From NCBI GenBank assembly GCA_020348345.1, contig CP070748.1:875196-939195 (forward strand): a stretch of DNA of 64,000 nt. Reading direction: 5' to 3'. Numbering within the stretch: the stretch's first letter is position 1; every line of letters begins with the position of its first letter. Position numbers and translations under genes: made by a program. The DNA is from Methanobacteriota archaeon (GTDB lineage: Archaea; Thermoplasmatota; Thermoplasmata; UBA10834). This document shows positions 44,316 to 53,573 of the stretch, one piece after another. The notes under the pieces were generated by a model that saw only the letters and a list, made by a program, of their open reading frames with translations, did no database searches and was not told where the DNA came from.

Positions 44316-45773
44316 TCAATCTGTTATACCCGCCTCGGACACCTGGAAGACGGCTTCGGCCTCCGGGAGGTTCGGCGAATCGATGAGTCTAGCGATCCTC
44401 TTGCCGCCCTTGCTCTTCCTGAAATAGATGCGGAACGTCGCTGTATGGCCCACAATATGTCCGCCGATGGGGCGCGTCGGGTCCCCAAAGAATGCGTCGG
44501 GCTTGGCAGCGACCTGATTTGTGACTGCGATGACCGCGTTGTGCACATCGCCGAACCGCAGCATATCGTGCATATGCTTGTTCAACATCTGCTGACGCTC
44601 TGCCAGCGCCCCTCGGCCAATGTACTCCGCTCTGAAGTGGGCAGTCAGCGAATCGACGACAAGAAGCCGCACAGGAATCTCGCGAGCCACCTCGAATGCT
44701 TTCTCCAGCAATAGCATCTGGTGATGGCTGTTGAAGGCGCGCGCGACGTGTATCCTCTTAAGCACCTCGTCCGGATCCATCTCCGCGGCTTCGGCCATCT
44801 GTGTGATTCGCTCGGGTCTGAAGGTCTGCTCCGTGTCTATCATGATGGTATGAGCATCGAGTCCTCCATCTTCGACGGATTTGGCGCAGTTGACTGCCAG
44901 CTGGTGACAGATCTGAGTGTTGTGAAGCACGGTCGGAAGGTTGCCTCCGACGAACGAATGCGTCCTCGGAACCACGAGGTCGTACACGAAATCATCATGC
45001 GTGAACGGGAGTATTGAGCGGACTTCGTCCCACATGATCGGGCCACAAGTGAAGCCCGTGCCGTCGTAGCATGACTCGGAGCTGGGAACGGCTATGAGGT
45101 CGCCGACCCGGACGCTCCAGGACGGCGTCCATGATATGCTTTGACCGCGCATAACCAGCAGCTTGTGGGGGCCCGTCAACTCCAACGTACGTCCGCCGTT
45201 CGTGGAGACCTCGAACATAAGCCTGACGCGCTCGCGATAGATCGCGGCAGCCGTGGTCGGCTCGAGCCGCCCCTGTGAAAGGCTGGGTACGACGACGTCA
45301 TTCAAAGGAACGATATGACCCGAGTCGAAAGGAACAGCCATGCCCCTGCCGAGCCTCGAGTACATCCTCGATATCTCGTCGACCTTGATCTCTCCGCTCG
45401 AGGAATACAGCACTTCGGTGCGAGGCGATACGCATTTGCCGGAGCCATATTCGCCAAAGAATTCGACTATCGCCTGACTTTCGAAGCCGCCTCCCATGAG
45501 ATCATCCAGGGCTTTGGAGCCGGACGGTATCTTTGAGACGTTCTTCCTGCGCTCGAGAATGAGGTCGCCCGTCTCGAAGTTGCCGACGTCCGCGACCTTC
45601 TTCGCGGCGGCGATTATCTTGACCGCGGTGGCCTCGCCGATCTCCGCCATCTCAGCTAGGTTCCTTGGCGAATCCACTGCAATCATCATGATATCGTTGT
45701 ACCCGGCTTCCTTGAGCTTCTCATAGATAGCCGGTCCCACTCCTGGGAGCTTGGAGATCTCCTCCTCGGACAT
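44316..45773 (-). CDS. radA: DNA repair and recombination protein RadA, interrupted by a mini-intein
   Basis: HhH N-domain ([17 protein letters not shown]). Walker A is split as GEYGSGK / intein / TQICHQLAV. Downstream [12 protein letters not shown] and [17 protein letters not shown]. The extein is 313 aa. Confidence 0.95.
   Translation of the reverse strand: MSEEEISKLPGVGPAIYEKLKEAGYNDIMMIAVDSPRNLAEMAEIGEATAVKIIAAAKKVADVGNFETGDLILERRKNVSKIPSGSKALDDLMGGGFESQAIVEFFGEYGSGKCVSPRTEVLYSSSGEIKVDEISRMYSRLGRGMAVPFDSGHIVPLNDVVVPSLSQGRLEPTTAAAIYRERVRLMFEVSTNGGRTLELTGPHKLLVMRGQSISWTPSWSVRVGDLIAVPSSESCYDGTGFTCGPIMWDEVRSILPFTHDDFVYDLVVPRTHSFVGGNLPTVLHNTQICHQLAVNCAKSVEDGGLDAHTIMIDTEQTFRPERITQMAEAAEMDPDEVLKRIHVARAFNSHHQMLLLEKAFEVAREIPVRLLVVDSLTAHFRAEYIGRGALAERQQMLNKHMHDMLRFGDVHNAVIAVTNQVAAKPDAFFGDPTRPIGGHIVGHTATFRIYFRKSKGGKRIARLIDSPNLPEAEAVFQVSEAGITD
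44919..45434 (-). mobile_element. 172-aa mini-intein in the RadA P-loop (no homing endonuclease domain)
   Basis: Begins CVSPRTEV (block A). TGPHKL matches the TxxH block B. Ends [12 protein letters not shown] followed by Thr+1 of the GKT motif. Boundaries restore GEYGSGKTQ. Confidence 0.85.
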
Positions 45774-45960
45774 CCGGATTCATCACCTACAGCCTCCTGG
45801 ACAAGTCGGGCGCAATATAAGCATATTGATTGGAGGTACGCGAAAATGTTCGGCGATGTCCATCTCGGACTTTCGAGCACAATGCCGGTATTTCATGCGA
45901 TGAATGCACTGGCTGGCACCAAAAGATATTAAATAGACCTTGCTCTTCGAGGGGAACAGA

Positions 45961-46725
45961 ATGGCGAAGAAGAGAAAGAAGGACAAGGCCAAGAAGGAAG
46001 AGGAGTACGAGTTCAAACCTCCCGAATTCGATGAGAAGGAGTTTCTGAGGAAGGAGCTCCGGGACACGAAGACGGTCCTGCTGACGGTTGGCTACGCCGC
46101 CTGCCTCGGTCTCATCGCTGCAGTTTTGTCCAGCGTGTCCAGCAAGCTGATAGGCATCTCCTTCCTGCTGGTGTTCGCGGGGCTCTATTCGCTGAAGTAC
46201 TTCTACCCGTTCATACGGGTCGACACCAGTGAGTTCCAGAAGAAGAACTGGGCGGGCAATGTGGCATGGTTTTTCTTCACATTCCTGGCGGTGTGGGTGC
46301 TCACTTTCAACTATCCGGTGGCAGATCACGCGAGCCCAACTGTGGAAGACGTGGCTGTTTGGATCACCGACAACGGTACTGGTGATATCACGACGCTGGA
46401 CTACAAGTACCTGCCGAGCACTGGGAGCTATACATGGGTTCCAAGGGTCGGAGACTCATACTCCCTCCAGGCCGGCGTCAGCTATACTTTGAACGTCAGT
46501 GCAAGAATCTCCGACAATGGCGTTCTCGTCCTTGCTGAGATCGCCTTGGGCTCAGTGACGAGCGAGTACTCGGACATGATCGACGAGGGCGAGAACCGAT
46601 ATGGCTACGTGGTGGACGAGCTGATCATGACATCTGGTCAGTCGTTCCTGTTCTTCATCCATGCCGAGGACGACCGCGGCAACGAATTCACCTTCATACC
46701 CGTCACGGGCATATCAGCAGCCTGA
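45961..46725 (+). CDS. Hypothetical membrane protein (Lys-rich N-terminus, 3 TM, beta-rich C-terminal domain)
   Basis: MAKKRKKDKAKKEEEYEF..., then hydrophobic segments, then an Ig-like beta-rich tail. TATA-like GATATTAAATA lies about 30 nt upstream. Confidence 0.5.
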   Translation: MAKKRKKDKAKKEEEYEFKPPEFDEKEFLRKELRDTKTVLLTVGYAACLGLIAAVLSSVSSKLIGISFLLVFAGLYSLKYFYPFIRVDTSEFQKKNWAGNVAWFFFTFLAVWVLTFNYPVADHASPTVEDVAVWITDNGTGDITTLDYKYLPSTGSYTWVPRVGDSYSLQAGVSYTLNVSARISDNGVLVLAEIALGSVTSEYSDMIDEGENRYGYVVDELIMTSGQSFLFFIHAEDDRGNEFTFIPVTGISAA

Positions 46726-46756
46726 GCATATCATGTGGCTTGGGCGCGTACCTGAT

Positions 46757-48085
46757 CTACCTCTCCCAGGGCATTCTATCATCCAAGTGCTTAGTCAGAA
46801 CCCGGGCATAGCGCTTCGAAAGCAGTTTCTTGCCTGAGGCTACATCAAATGATCTTATCCTCCTCACGTCCTTCCCGAGTGTGAGTGAAGGAATGCGTTC
46901 CTTCAGGAGTTTGTCAGCACGTCGGTGCTGTCTCTCGACTACAACGTACCATCTTCCTCGCTCCTTGTAGGGCTTCGAGAGTCCCGACTCGTCCCATTTG
47001 GCCAGGAATTCGCGTGCGCTCGGAGAACTCGCAGGCGGCCCTCGGTGAATCCGTTCCTTTGGAAGCGTCATCGATTCGACCTCGATCAGGATGTTCACTT
47101 CTCGATCGACGTCGATTGTGCTCCCGACCACTTCGAAGTCGTTCCTCCTGAGTAGAGAAGCCATCGAAGCGGCGGACTTCCTAAGCTGCGGGTACAGAAC
47201 ATCGTCTATGAGGTCGAGCTTCTCGAATGACACCGCGACGAATGCTTCCCGCCGTTTCCCCGCACGCTGCTCGACCTGCTTAATGCCCCAGCTCCGCTGC
47301 GCCCGGGGATAGAAGAATCTCATATCCGGCTTCTGAAGATACGCTCGTGATGCCTTGATGAAGGTAACGAGGGAGTCGACTGACACCGCAGAGGCGACAT
47401 TCCTGCTGCTGTCTACGGGGTCGATGAAGGTCAGTGGATCAGAGAATTCCGCCCCGGGATGGCCAGGGAGCGCAAGCGACTCACCCTTGCTCCAGCCGGA
47501 GACCGCCTTCAACACGCTGTCGAATTCGCCGAACCTGAGGATGAGCAGCTCGCACAGATAGCCTGAGAAGCCCTGGACCTTGGCTTCCGCTCCGTAGCAG
47601 CCGATGCCTTTCATAAAGCGCTTGAGAAGCCTGACTTGATCGCGCCGTGCGGGAGGGAGGTTTGCGACCACGAACTCGGTGTGGAACGGCGTTCTATCCA
47701 CCGCGCTCATTCTCTTCAATGGATCCTTCACCATGAAGCACGGTACGAGATCTACCTGATAGCCGTCGTGCACGCCCCTGACATACGGGTGCTGGGCGAA
47801 ATGCTCCCTCCCTCTCACCACCCTTCTGCCGATCTCGAGGCCTTTGTCTCTGAGCTCTTCGAGCGGCGTGCTCTCAGGAAACATGAGGAATAGGTCGATG
47901 TCGGGATCCTTCATGTGAGTGCCCTTTGCGACGGAGCCGACGAGCTTTGGCTCGATGTGTGCTTCCAAATCAGCCGCAGCGGCGCGAACGGATTCCACGA
48001 GGTGCTTCACTGCAGCTGAAATATTGCGGTTCTCCGCGGCGGACGGTGTTACCTTCGACAACACTTCCTGCTCGACCGATCGCAT
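46757..48085 (-). CDS. cca: CCA-adding enzyme, archaeal class I tRNA nucleotidyltransferase
   Basis: LVGSVAKGTHMKDPDIDLFLMFP nucleotidyltransferase motif. 442 aa. SD-like GGAGGTGA lies before the ATG. Confidence 0.9.
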   Translation of the reverse strand: MRSVEQEVLSKVTPSAAENRNISAAVKHLVESVRAAAADLEAHIEPKLVGSVAKGTHMKDPDIDLFLMFPESTPLEELRDKGLEIGRRVVRGREHFAQHPYVRGVHDGYQVDLVPCFMVKDPLKRMSAVDRTPFHTEFVVANLPPARRDQVRLLKRFMKGIGCYGAEAKVQGFSGYLCELLILRFGEFDSVLKAVSGWSKGESLALPGHPGAEFSDPLTFIDPVDSSRNVASAVSVDSLVTFIKASRAYLQKPDMRFFYPRAQRSWGIKQVEQRAGKRREAFVAVSFEKLDLIDDVLYPQLRKSAASMASLLRRNDFEVVGSTIDVDREVNILIEVESMTLPKERIHRGPPASSPSAREFLAKWDESGLSKPYKERGRWYVVVERQHRRADKLLKERIPSLTLGKDVRRIRSFDVASGKKLLSKRYARVLTKHLDDRMPWER

Positions 48086-48396
48086 CTCACCTCCTGGATG
48101 AATGCACGAGCTATTAAACCAGGCGATTGGAGGCTGTTGTAAGACATTCGAAACACCCCCGCTTCATGTGTGGAGGCGGCTCGGAACCCGCTATTTGGGA
48201 CCAGAGATGAGTTGCGACAAGGGAAGGTGTCCTTCGGTCGGTGTGGTGGGGATTGTAAGAATTGTATTGCCTAGGAGGAAAGTTGAAACACCAACCTAGG
48301 ACACCGACTCCGGCCTAATCTGCAGGTTCTATATGATGGTTTCTGGGATACGCGCCAGGCATGTCGGGGCGTCGTCCGCCAGTGCGACACGACCCG

Positions 48397-48756
48397 CTAC
48401 GTGCCGTGGCGGATCACGAACGATTGGAAATTCGAAGAGGACACGGAATCCTCAAGATCCTGCAGCGTCGCCTCATCCGTCTCAGAGACACTTACGAGTT
48501 CCGTACGTTCGCCTCCGATAAACAGCATCACCAGCGTCCTTCCGTTCGAACCGAATTCGGCGAACCCGAAGTCGGATAGGGGTGAGGCGATCACCCTCAC
48601 GAGAGAGAGGGAGCATTCCGTTGACACTTGTTCGAAAAGCGGACGCATCTGCTGGGGGGAGTCCGGGCTGCGCACCACCGACAACGTCATGCGCGATTCT
48701 CGCACGTGCTGACGCACGCGTGCGATGTCGGAAGGAGAGAGCGTCGAGCTAGACAT
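48397..48756 (-). CDS. Hypothetical protein (119 aa), weakly supported
   Basis: The only protein-like ORF in a 960-nt gap. AAAAATCATAAC lies about 35 nt upstream of the ATG, compatible with a near-leaderless transcript. No family recognised. Confidence 0.3.
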   Translation of the reverse strand: MSSSTLSPSDIARVRQHVRESRMTLSVVRSPDSPQQMRPLFEQVSTECSLSLVRVIASPLSDFGFAEFGSNGRTLVMLFIGGERTELVSVSETDEATLQDLEDSVSSSNFQSFVIRHGT

Positions 48757-48905
48757 CGGACGCGATTATCCGCAATGCACTAGTTATGATTTTTGCCATC
48801 GATGTTCATGCGCGTTGGAGACTTCGCCTGTGATGCTATCGCATGCGCGCTGCGCGCGCACAAACGATTTATCCCGTGAACGCGATACACCTCCAACGGG
48901 ATGGG

Positions 48906-49049
48906 ATGGGAATGTGTTCAGAGAGAGACTGTAGACTTTTCAAGGGCATGATCAGGGTTTGCGACGAATGCAGGATGTATGTGGCGCTCAACGAAGACGG
49001 TCTGGATGGCAGACAACCGCACTTCACGTCCCGAAGGGCGGCCGAGTGA
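48906..49049 (+). CDS. Possible small Cys-rich protein (about 47 aa)
   Basis: MGMCSERDCRLFKGMIRVCDECRMYVALNEDG... has a CxxxxC-x9-CxxC pattern. GATTTATCC lies about 35-45 nt upstream. Speculative. Confidence 0.25.
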   Translation: MGMCSERDCRLFKGMIRVCDECRMYVALNEDGLDGRQPHFTSRRAAE

Positions 49050-49862
49050 TCATGGCGGCGCGTTGTTCAATATCCTGTCGCTGACTGCGATCTCGTCCTT
49101 CCGCATATCCAGCATCATGAAATCTCGAGCTGCAACGGTTCTAATGCCGGTCTTATCCTCGATCCATTTCGCCTGTGTCTCGGGGTTCTCCTGCACTACG
49201 CGCATCCCGAAATGGGTTATGACGGCCATCTCCGGCTTGATCTTGTCTATCAGATACCCGGCATCCTCTGTGCTCAGGTGATGCGGTATTCTCTGGCCGA
49301 GCGGGCGTGTCACGCAGGCTATCATGAGCCTGCACTTCCTGTGGGCCTTGATAACAGGTTCCACCAGCTGCGTGTCCGACACATAGGAGATGGTACCGGC
49401 GGAGGTGATCATGCGAAAACCGATCGAGCTGGTGTCACTATGAGCCGACCAGGTGGCTGTGACATCGACTGGCTTGATGCTCACCTTCGACGAGGGGGTC
49501 ATCACCTTCACGGTCTTCGGTTTCGAGAGATGGTACTTCGATATCGCGGGGCCGAACTCACCGTCTCCTTCGATGACGCTTCTGCTGCCGGCAAGGATAC
49601 CCTGCTTGCGCGTGCCACCTTCGGTCATCGCTTCGATGAGGACCTCCGCGTCGAGGTAGTGGTCAGGATGGCAGTGCGATATGAGTATCGCATGCGTAGC
49701 CATGGGATCCAGGCCAACGGAGCGCATGCGAACAAGGGCTCCAGGCCCTGGATCGACGTGGACGTTCCTTCCGTCCTCCACGTAGAAACCCCCTGTCGCA
49801 CGCGCCTGATATATCGTGGCGAAGCGTCCTCCGCCAGTTCCGAGGAAGGTTATTCGGACCAT
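49050..49862 (-). CDS. Metallo-beta-lactamase fold hydrolase
   Basis: ITFLGTGGG and ILISHCHPDHY motifs. Start set at MVRITF, with TATTAAA about 30 nt upstream. The track ORF to 49949 is rejected. Confidence 0.75.
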   Translation of the reverse strand: MVRITFLGTGGGRFATIYQARATGGFYVEDGRNVHVDPGPGALVRMRSVGLDPMATHAILISHCHPDHYLDAEVLIEAMTEGGTRKQGILAGSRSVIEGDGEFGPAISKYHLSKPKTVKVMTPSSKVSIKPVDVTATWSAHSDTSSIGFRMITSAGTISYVSDTQLVEPVIKAHRKCRLMIACVTRPLGQRIPHHLSTEDAGYLIDKIKPEMAVITHFGMRVVQENPETQAKWIEDKTGIRTVAARDFMMLDMRKDEIAVSDRILNNAPP

Positions 49863-49878
49863 GAGTTTCCAAACCTTA

Positions 49879-51210
49879 ATGCCTGATTCCTTTAATACCC
49901 TTTCACATCCAGGGGGACGACGCCTGAAGCTGGCGATAGTAAATGGCATATTGGTGACTCAGAACCGGAACAGGCAGATCCTGAGAGATAACCTACTAGT
50001 CGAGGATGGCGTCATAACGAAGGTCGGCAAGTTCCGCGACAGGGTGGATGACACCCTCGACGCCACAGACTGCATCGTCATGCCTGGATTGATCAACTGT
50101 CACACGCACGTGTCGATGGCGTTGATGCGTGGCATGGCTGACGACCTCAAGCTGGAGCAGTTCCTAGAGAAGACCTTTTCCATCGATGCGCTAAGAACTC
50201 CAGAGGACATCGAGATCGGAGCGGAGCTCGGCTGTATAGAGATGGCACGCTCGGGCACCACATGCTTCCTGGACCTTTACTACTCTCAGGATGTCATTGC
50301 CAGGGCGGTCGAGAGGGTCGGTCTTAGAGGGTATCTGGGATGGGCCGTTCTCGACGAGGAGCACACAACACAGAAGGGCAAGCCCCTCGCCAATTGCGAG
50401 AGGTTCGTGAAGGAGTATGCGGACAGCACTTTGGTCAACCCCGTCGTGGCGCCTCAGGGAGTGTATGTGTGCTCCGACGATACGCTGATGGCGGCGAAGG
50501 ACATCGCCTCAAGAGCGGGCACTTTCTGTCATTACCACCTGTCCGAGACGAGGCGTGAGGTTTATGATTACGTCAGACAGAAGGGCCTGAGACCCGTCGA
50601 GCACCTTGAGAAGATCGGGTTCTTGTCGAAGGGCGATGTCGCGGCCCACTGCGTCTGGCTCACCGTGAACGAGTTGAAGGCGCTCGCCAGGGGAGGGGTC
50701 TCCGCGGCACACTGCCCGACCTCTAACATGAAGCTTGCGAGCGGAGGAGTCGCTCCGCTCCCGGAGATGTTCGACGAGGGTATCTGCGTGTGCCTCGGCA
50801 CCGACGGATGCTCCTCGAATAACTCGCTGGACATGTTTCAGGAGATGAAGACTGCAGCTTTGCTGCAGAAGTCGAGCAGATGGGACGCCTCGGTGATGCC
50901 TGCTCAGAAGACGCTTGACATCGCGACAATCGGCGCTGCGCGCGCGCTCGGAGCGGAGCGTGAGATAGGCTCCTTGGAGCCGGGAAAGCGGGCGGACATA
51001 GTGGTCGTTGACGGCAGGAACCCTGCGATGACGCCGACCAGGCTGGACAACATCGTGGCGAACCTCGTATACGCTGGTCCGTCGAAGGCTGTAAGAGACA
51101 CAATCATCGACGGAAGATTCGTTCTGAGAGACCGCCAGATCGTATGCGTCGACGAGGAGAGAATCGTCGACGGCGCCGCCTCGGCGGTGAACAGACTGCT
51201 TTCCGTATAG
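49879..51210 (+). CDS. mtaD: Amidohydrolase, 5'-methylthioadenosine/S-adenosylhomocysteine (5'-deoxyadenosine) deaminase family
   Basis: PGLINCHTHVSMALMRG, HLSETRRE, AAHCVWL and LGTDGCSSNNSLDM motifs. The start is uncertain (ATG 49861 or 49879, or later). Confidence 0.8.
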   Translation: MPDSFNTLSHPGGRRLKLAIVNGILVTQNRNRQILRDNLLVEDGVITKVGKFRDRVDDTLDATDCIVMPGLINCHTHVSMALMRGMADDLKLEQFLEKTFSIDALRTPEDIEIGAELGCIEMARSGTTCFLDLYYSQDVIARAVERVGLRGYLGWAVLDEEHTTQKGKPLANCERFVKEYADSTLVNPVVAPQGVYVCSDDTLMAAKDIASRAGTFCHYHLSETRREVYDYVRQKGLRPVEHLEKIGFLSKGDVAAHCVWLTVNELKALARGGVSAAHCPTSNMKLASGGVAPLPEMFDEGICVCLGTDGCSSNNSLDMFQEMKTAALLQKSSRWDASVMPAQKTLDIATIGAARALGAEREIGSLEPGKRADIVVVDGRNPAMTPTRLDNIVANLVYAGPSKAVRDTIIDGRFVLRDRQIVCVDEERIVDGAASAVNRLLSV

Positions 51211-51293
51211 CTTCATCCCGTCCCGCAGATGACCTTTGCGTGATAGGGAAGAATGAAAATGCGTAAGGGGTTTCGCGCGGTGGCAGAGAACGG

Positions 51294-52394
51294 CTACTCT
51301 GATCCGACTATCTTGTCCTTCTTGGCGATCTCGACAATCTTCTCGGCCTCACGCTTCTCCTTGGCCAGGACCTCTTCGACTGCCTTCATCTCACGCCGGA
51401 GCTCCTCCGGCTTCGGTATCGGTCCCAGGACGTCGTCCGCCTTGCCGACGGCAGCCTCGATATCCCCCATCCGCGTAACCTCTCTCTGCGGCGTCAGCCT
51501 ACCGACGCCGAGGTACTCGGATGCGCCCTCTATGAGCTTGGTCAGTTCGAACGGGAATATGATCTTCGTCGCTTGACCGTCGCCGATTGACTTCATCGTG
51601 TCGAGGGAGAGCACTGTCAGCGCCTTCGAGTCGAGCGGGCCCGCGCCCACCGCAAGCACGCGCAGCTTCTGCGCCTCGCCCTGCGCCTCGAGTATGATTG
51701 CGAGCCTCTGTCCTTCAGCCTCAAGTATCTTCGACTGTCTTAGGCCCTCGGCCTGTAGAATTCTCGCTTGCTTGTCGCCCTCTGCGTTGAGGATGGCAGC
51801 GCGCTTCTGCCCGTCCGCCCTTAGGATAGCAGCTCTCCTGAGCCTCTCGGCCGAGGTCTGCTCCTCCATGGAGTCCTTGACCTTGCCCGCGGGGTCGACC
51901 TCCCTTATCTCGACGGCCTCGACCTTGACGCCCCACTTGTCGGTCGCCTCGTCGAGCACGTCCCTGAGGTGCAGGTTGATCTTCTCTCTGTTCGACAGCA
52001 CCTCATCGAGCTCCATGTCTCCGATAATCGACCTGAGCGTCGTCTGCGCGAGGTATATGGTCGCGGTGCGGTAGTTCGTGACCTCGAAGAACGCCTTCTT
52101 AGGATCGATGACTTTGATGTAGATGATCGCGTCAACGTTCGTGGGCGAGTTGTCCTTGGTTATGACTTCTTGCCGGGGGACGTCGAGAACCTGCGTCCTG
52201 AGGTCGATCTTGATGACCTCGTTTATCAGCGGCCGGACCATGTTGAAACCCTGGTCCAAGACGCGCATGAACCTGCCAAGGCTCATGTAGATGCCCTGCT
52301 CGTACGGCCTGATGATCTTTATTCCCGTGGTGATTATCGCGATCGCCGCGATAATCAGCAGTATCGTTAACGCCAGAATCGATCCTTCATCCAT
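51294..52394 (-). CDS. SPFH/band-7 stomatin-like protein
   Basis: IIRPYEQGIYMSLGRF...DLRTQVLDVPRQEVITKDN SPFH core, then 11-residue AEG repeats. Start chosen at MDEGSIL, 6 nt after GGGAGGA. Confidence 0.9.
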   Translation of the reverse strand: MDEGSILALTILLIIAAIAIITTGIKIIRPYEQGIYMSLGRFMRVLDQGFNMVRPLINEVIKIDLRTQVLDVPRQEVITKDNSPTNVDAIIYIKVIDPKKAFFEVTNYRTATIYLAQTTLRSIIGDMELDEVLSNREKINLHLRDVLDEATDKWGVKVEAVEIREVDPAGKVKDSMEEQTSAERLRRAAILRADGQKRAAILNAEGDKQARILQAEGLRQSKILEAEGQRLAIILEAQGEAQKLRVLAVGAGPLDSKALTVLSLDTMKSIGDGQATKIIFPFELTKLIEGASEYLGVGRLTPQREVTRMGDIEAAVGKADDVLGPIPKPEELRREMKAVEEVLAKEKREAEKIVEIAKKDKIVGSE

Positions 52395-52437
52395 TCCCAT
52401 TCCTCCCAATATTATCCGAGTGCCCGCCAAACTCAGC

Positions 52438-52908
52438 TCAGGCCGCCTTCGGCGCCTCTTCTATCAGCTCCTCGACCTTCACGTGTACGCCCTCGCTTCC
52501 TACCACCACGACCTTCGTACCCACCGGCAGCGGGTCCGAGGTGGTCGTGGCGCTCCAGCTGTCGTGAGCGATCCTCACCTTTCCTCTTAGGTTGTTGGGC
52601 GAAACCTCGCTTATGACGACCCCCTTGAGGCCCACGAGCGAGGTTGCCACTGTCGTCTCCGGCGGAGCGGGTGGCGCGAGATTCTGATAGAGCTTGATCG
52701 TCACCAACGTCATTGGCACAAGGATCACAACGGCCGCGAGCGGAGCCCACCACGTGAACAGCCAATCGGGGTAGAGCAATCCAATGCCTCCGAGGACTAT
52801 GAGAACGCTAGCCGGTACGATTATGAACGATCCAGGCGACGCCGCTTCAGCTAGCAGCATGAGTATGCCGATTATCACGAATGCCAGTGCAAGCTCCACT
52901 CCCGCCAT
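52438..52908 (-). CDS. NfeD-family membrane protein (short form)
   Basis: Three TM segments plus a C-terminal OB-fold (LVGLKGVVISEV...GKVRIAHDSWSATT...GTKVVVVGSEGVHVKV). Shows the classical nfeD-stomatin gene pairing. Confidence 0.85.
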   Translation of the reverse strand: MAGVELALAFVIIGILMLLAEAASPGSFIIVPASVLIVLGGIGLLYPDWLFTWWAPLAAVVILVPMTLVTIKLYQNLAPPAPPETTVATSLVGLKGVVISEVSPNNLRGKVRIAHDSWSATTTSDPLPVGTKVVVVGSEGVHVKVEELIEEAPKAA

Positions 52909-53018
52909 GTTTGAGAGTAGCGGAGAGTGCGTATATATTGTTTATGTCGGATTGCCAATGGCGTCGCTCTTCGCTGGACACGCCGAAAAAGGGGTGTTCG
53001 GGCTGCAATCGAAACCGT

Positions 53019-53393
53019 TCACCGCAGCCTCATCCTAGCTATGTGATAGCACCAAAGCCCATGTTCTCTCAGAGCTGCGTTCGTGTTCTCGACGGTGACT
53101 CTCCGAGGCTCCGTCCTGTGCCTCAGCACCTCCTCCATTGGATATCCGACGAAGTCCGACATCTTCAGGAGGCGTTCGTACGGGAAAGGCTGTTCGCCCA
53201 CTAGGATCTGTCTTACGCTCCAGCCGGGATGTATGCGGGAGCGGTATCCTAGCTCCCTTGCCAACCTGTTGATGCTTCCCGCCTTCTCGATCCCTAGCTT
53301 AATGAACTCCACCCTAAAGGAGGAGGTCAGCCAAACCCGCCTCTCGTCGATGTTCCTGCGTCTCCAGGGAACATAGGCGTTCTCCGAGTTCAT
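53019..53393 (-). CDS. Hypothetical HTH-containing protein
   Basis: 124 aa. GSINRLARELGYRSR resembles an HTH recognition segment. No family recognised. Confidence 0.4.
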   Translation of the reverse strand: MNSENAYVPWRRRNIDERRVWLTSSFRVEFIKLGIEKAGSINRLARELGYRSRIHPGWSVRQILVGEQPFPYERLLKMSDFVGYPMEEVLRHRTEPRRVTVENTNAALREHGLWCYHIARMRLR

Positions 53394-53451
53394 CGCAGGA
53401 GAATATTACCAAAGCCACATATATATGGTTTCTTGAAAAACAACCCCTGGC

Positions 53452-53469
53452 GAATGGTACGTACCATTC
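53452..53469. promoter_or_regulatory. Perfect 18-bp palindrome GAATGGTACGTACCATTC in a divergent promoter region
   Basis: Read directly from the sequence. Flanked by an extra CTGG/CCAG pairing. Lies 59 nt upstream of the HTH gene (minus strand) and about 105 nt upstream of the yjbQ-like gene (plus strand). CATATATATGG lies at 53418-53428. Confidence 0.5.
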
Positions 53470-53573
53470 CCAGCCCTCTTTGGTGAGATGGCTTTTCGTC
53501 CTCATCTCGCGCCTGACAAACAACCTTTTATCCCTCGATATTCCGTTTGTGCAGCGTGAGGAACGGAACCAGC

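Noticed and set aside
48270-48300. GGAGGAAAGTTGAAACACC, which resembles the RNase P RNA CR-I motif (GAGGAAAGUCC) and a CRISPR-repeat-like GTTGAAAC
   Set aside because: No matching P4 partner strand (ACAGAA..GGCUUA-type) or other conserved RNase P regions were found nearby. GTTGAAAC occurs once, with no spaced direct repeats, so this is neither RNase P RNA nor a CRISPR array on the evidence available.
50509-51216. 235-aa minus-strand ORF; a similar 224-aa plus-strand ORF lies at 49212-49886
   Set aside because: They are antisense to the deaminase gene and the MBL hydrolase gene respectively, and have Arg-rich shadow composition.
51669-51839. 33-nt periodic DNA repeat
   Set aside because: It is explained by five 11-residue AEG-type heptad-like repeats (AAILRADGQKR / AAILNAEGDKQ / ARILQAEGLRQ / SKILEAEGQRL / AIILEAQGEAQ) in the C-terminal coiled-coil of the stomatin-like protein. 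This is a common feature of SPFH proteins.
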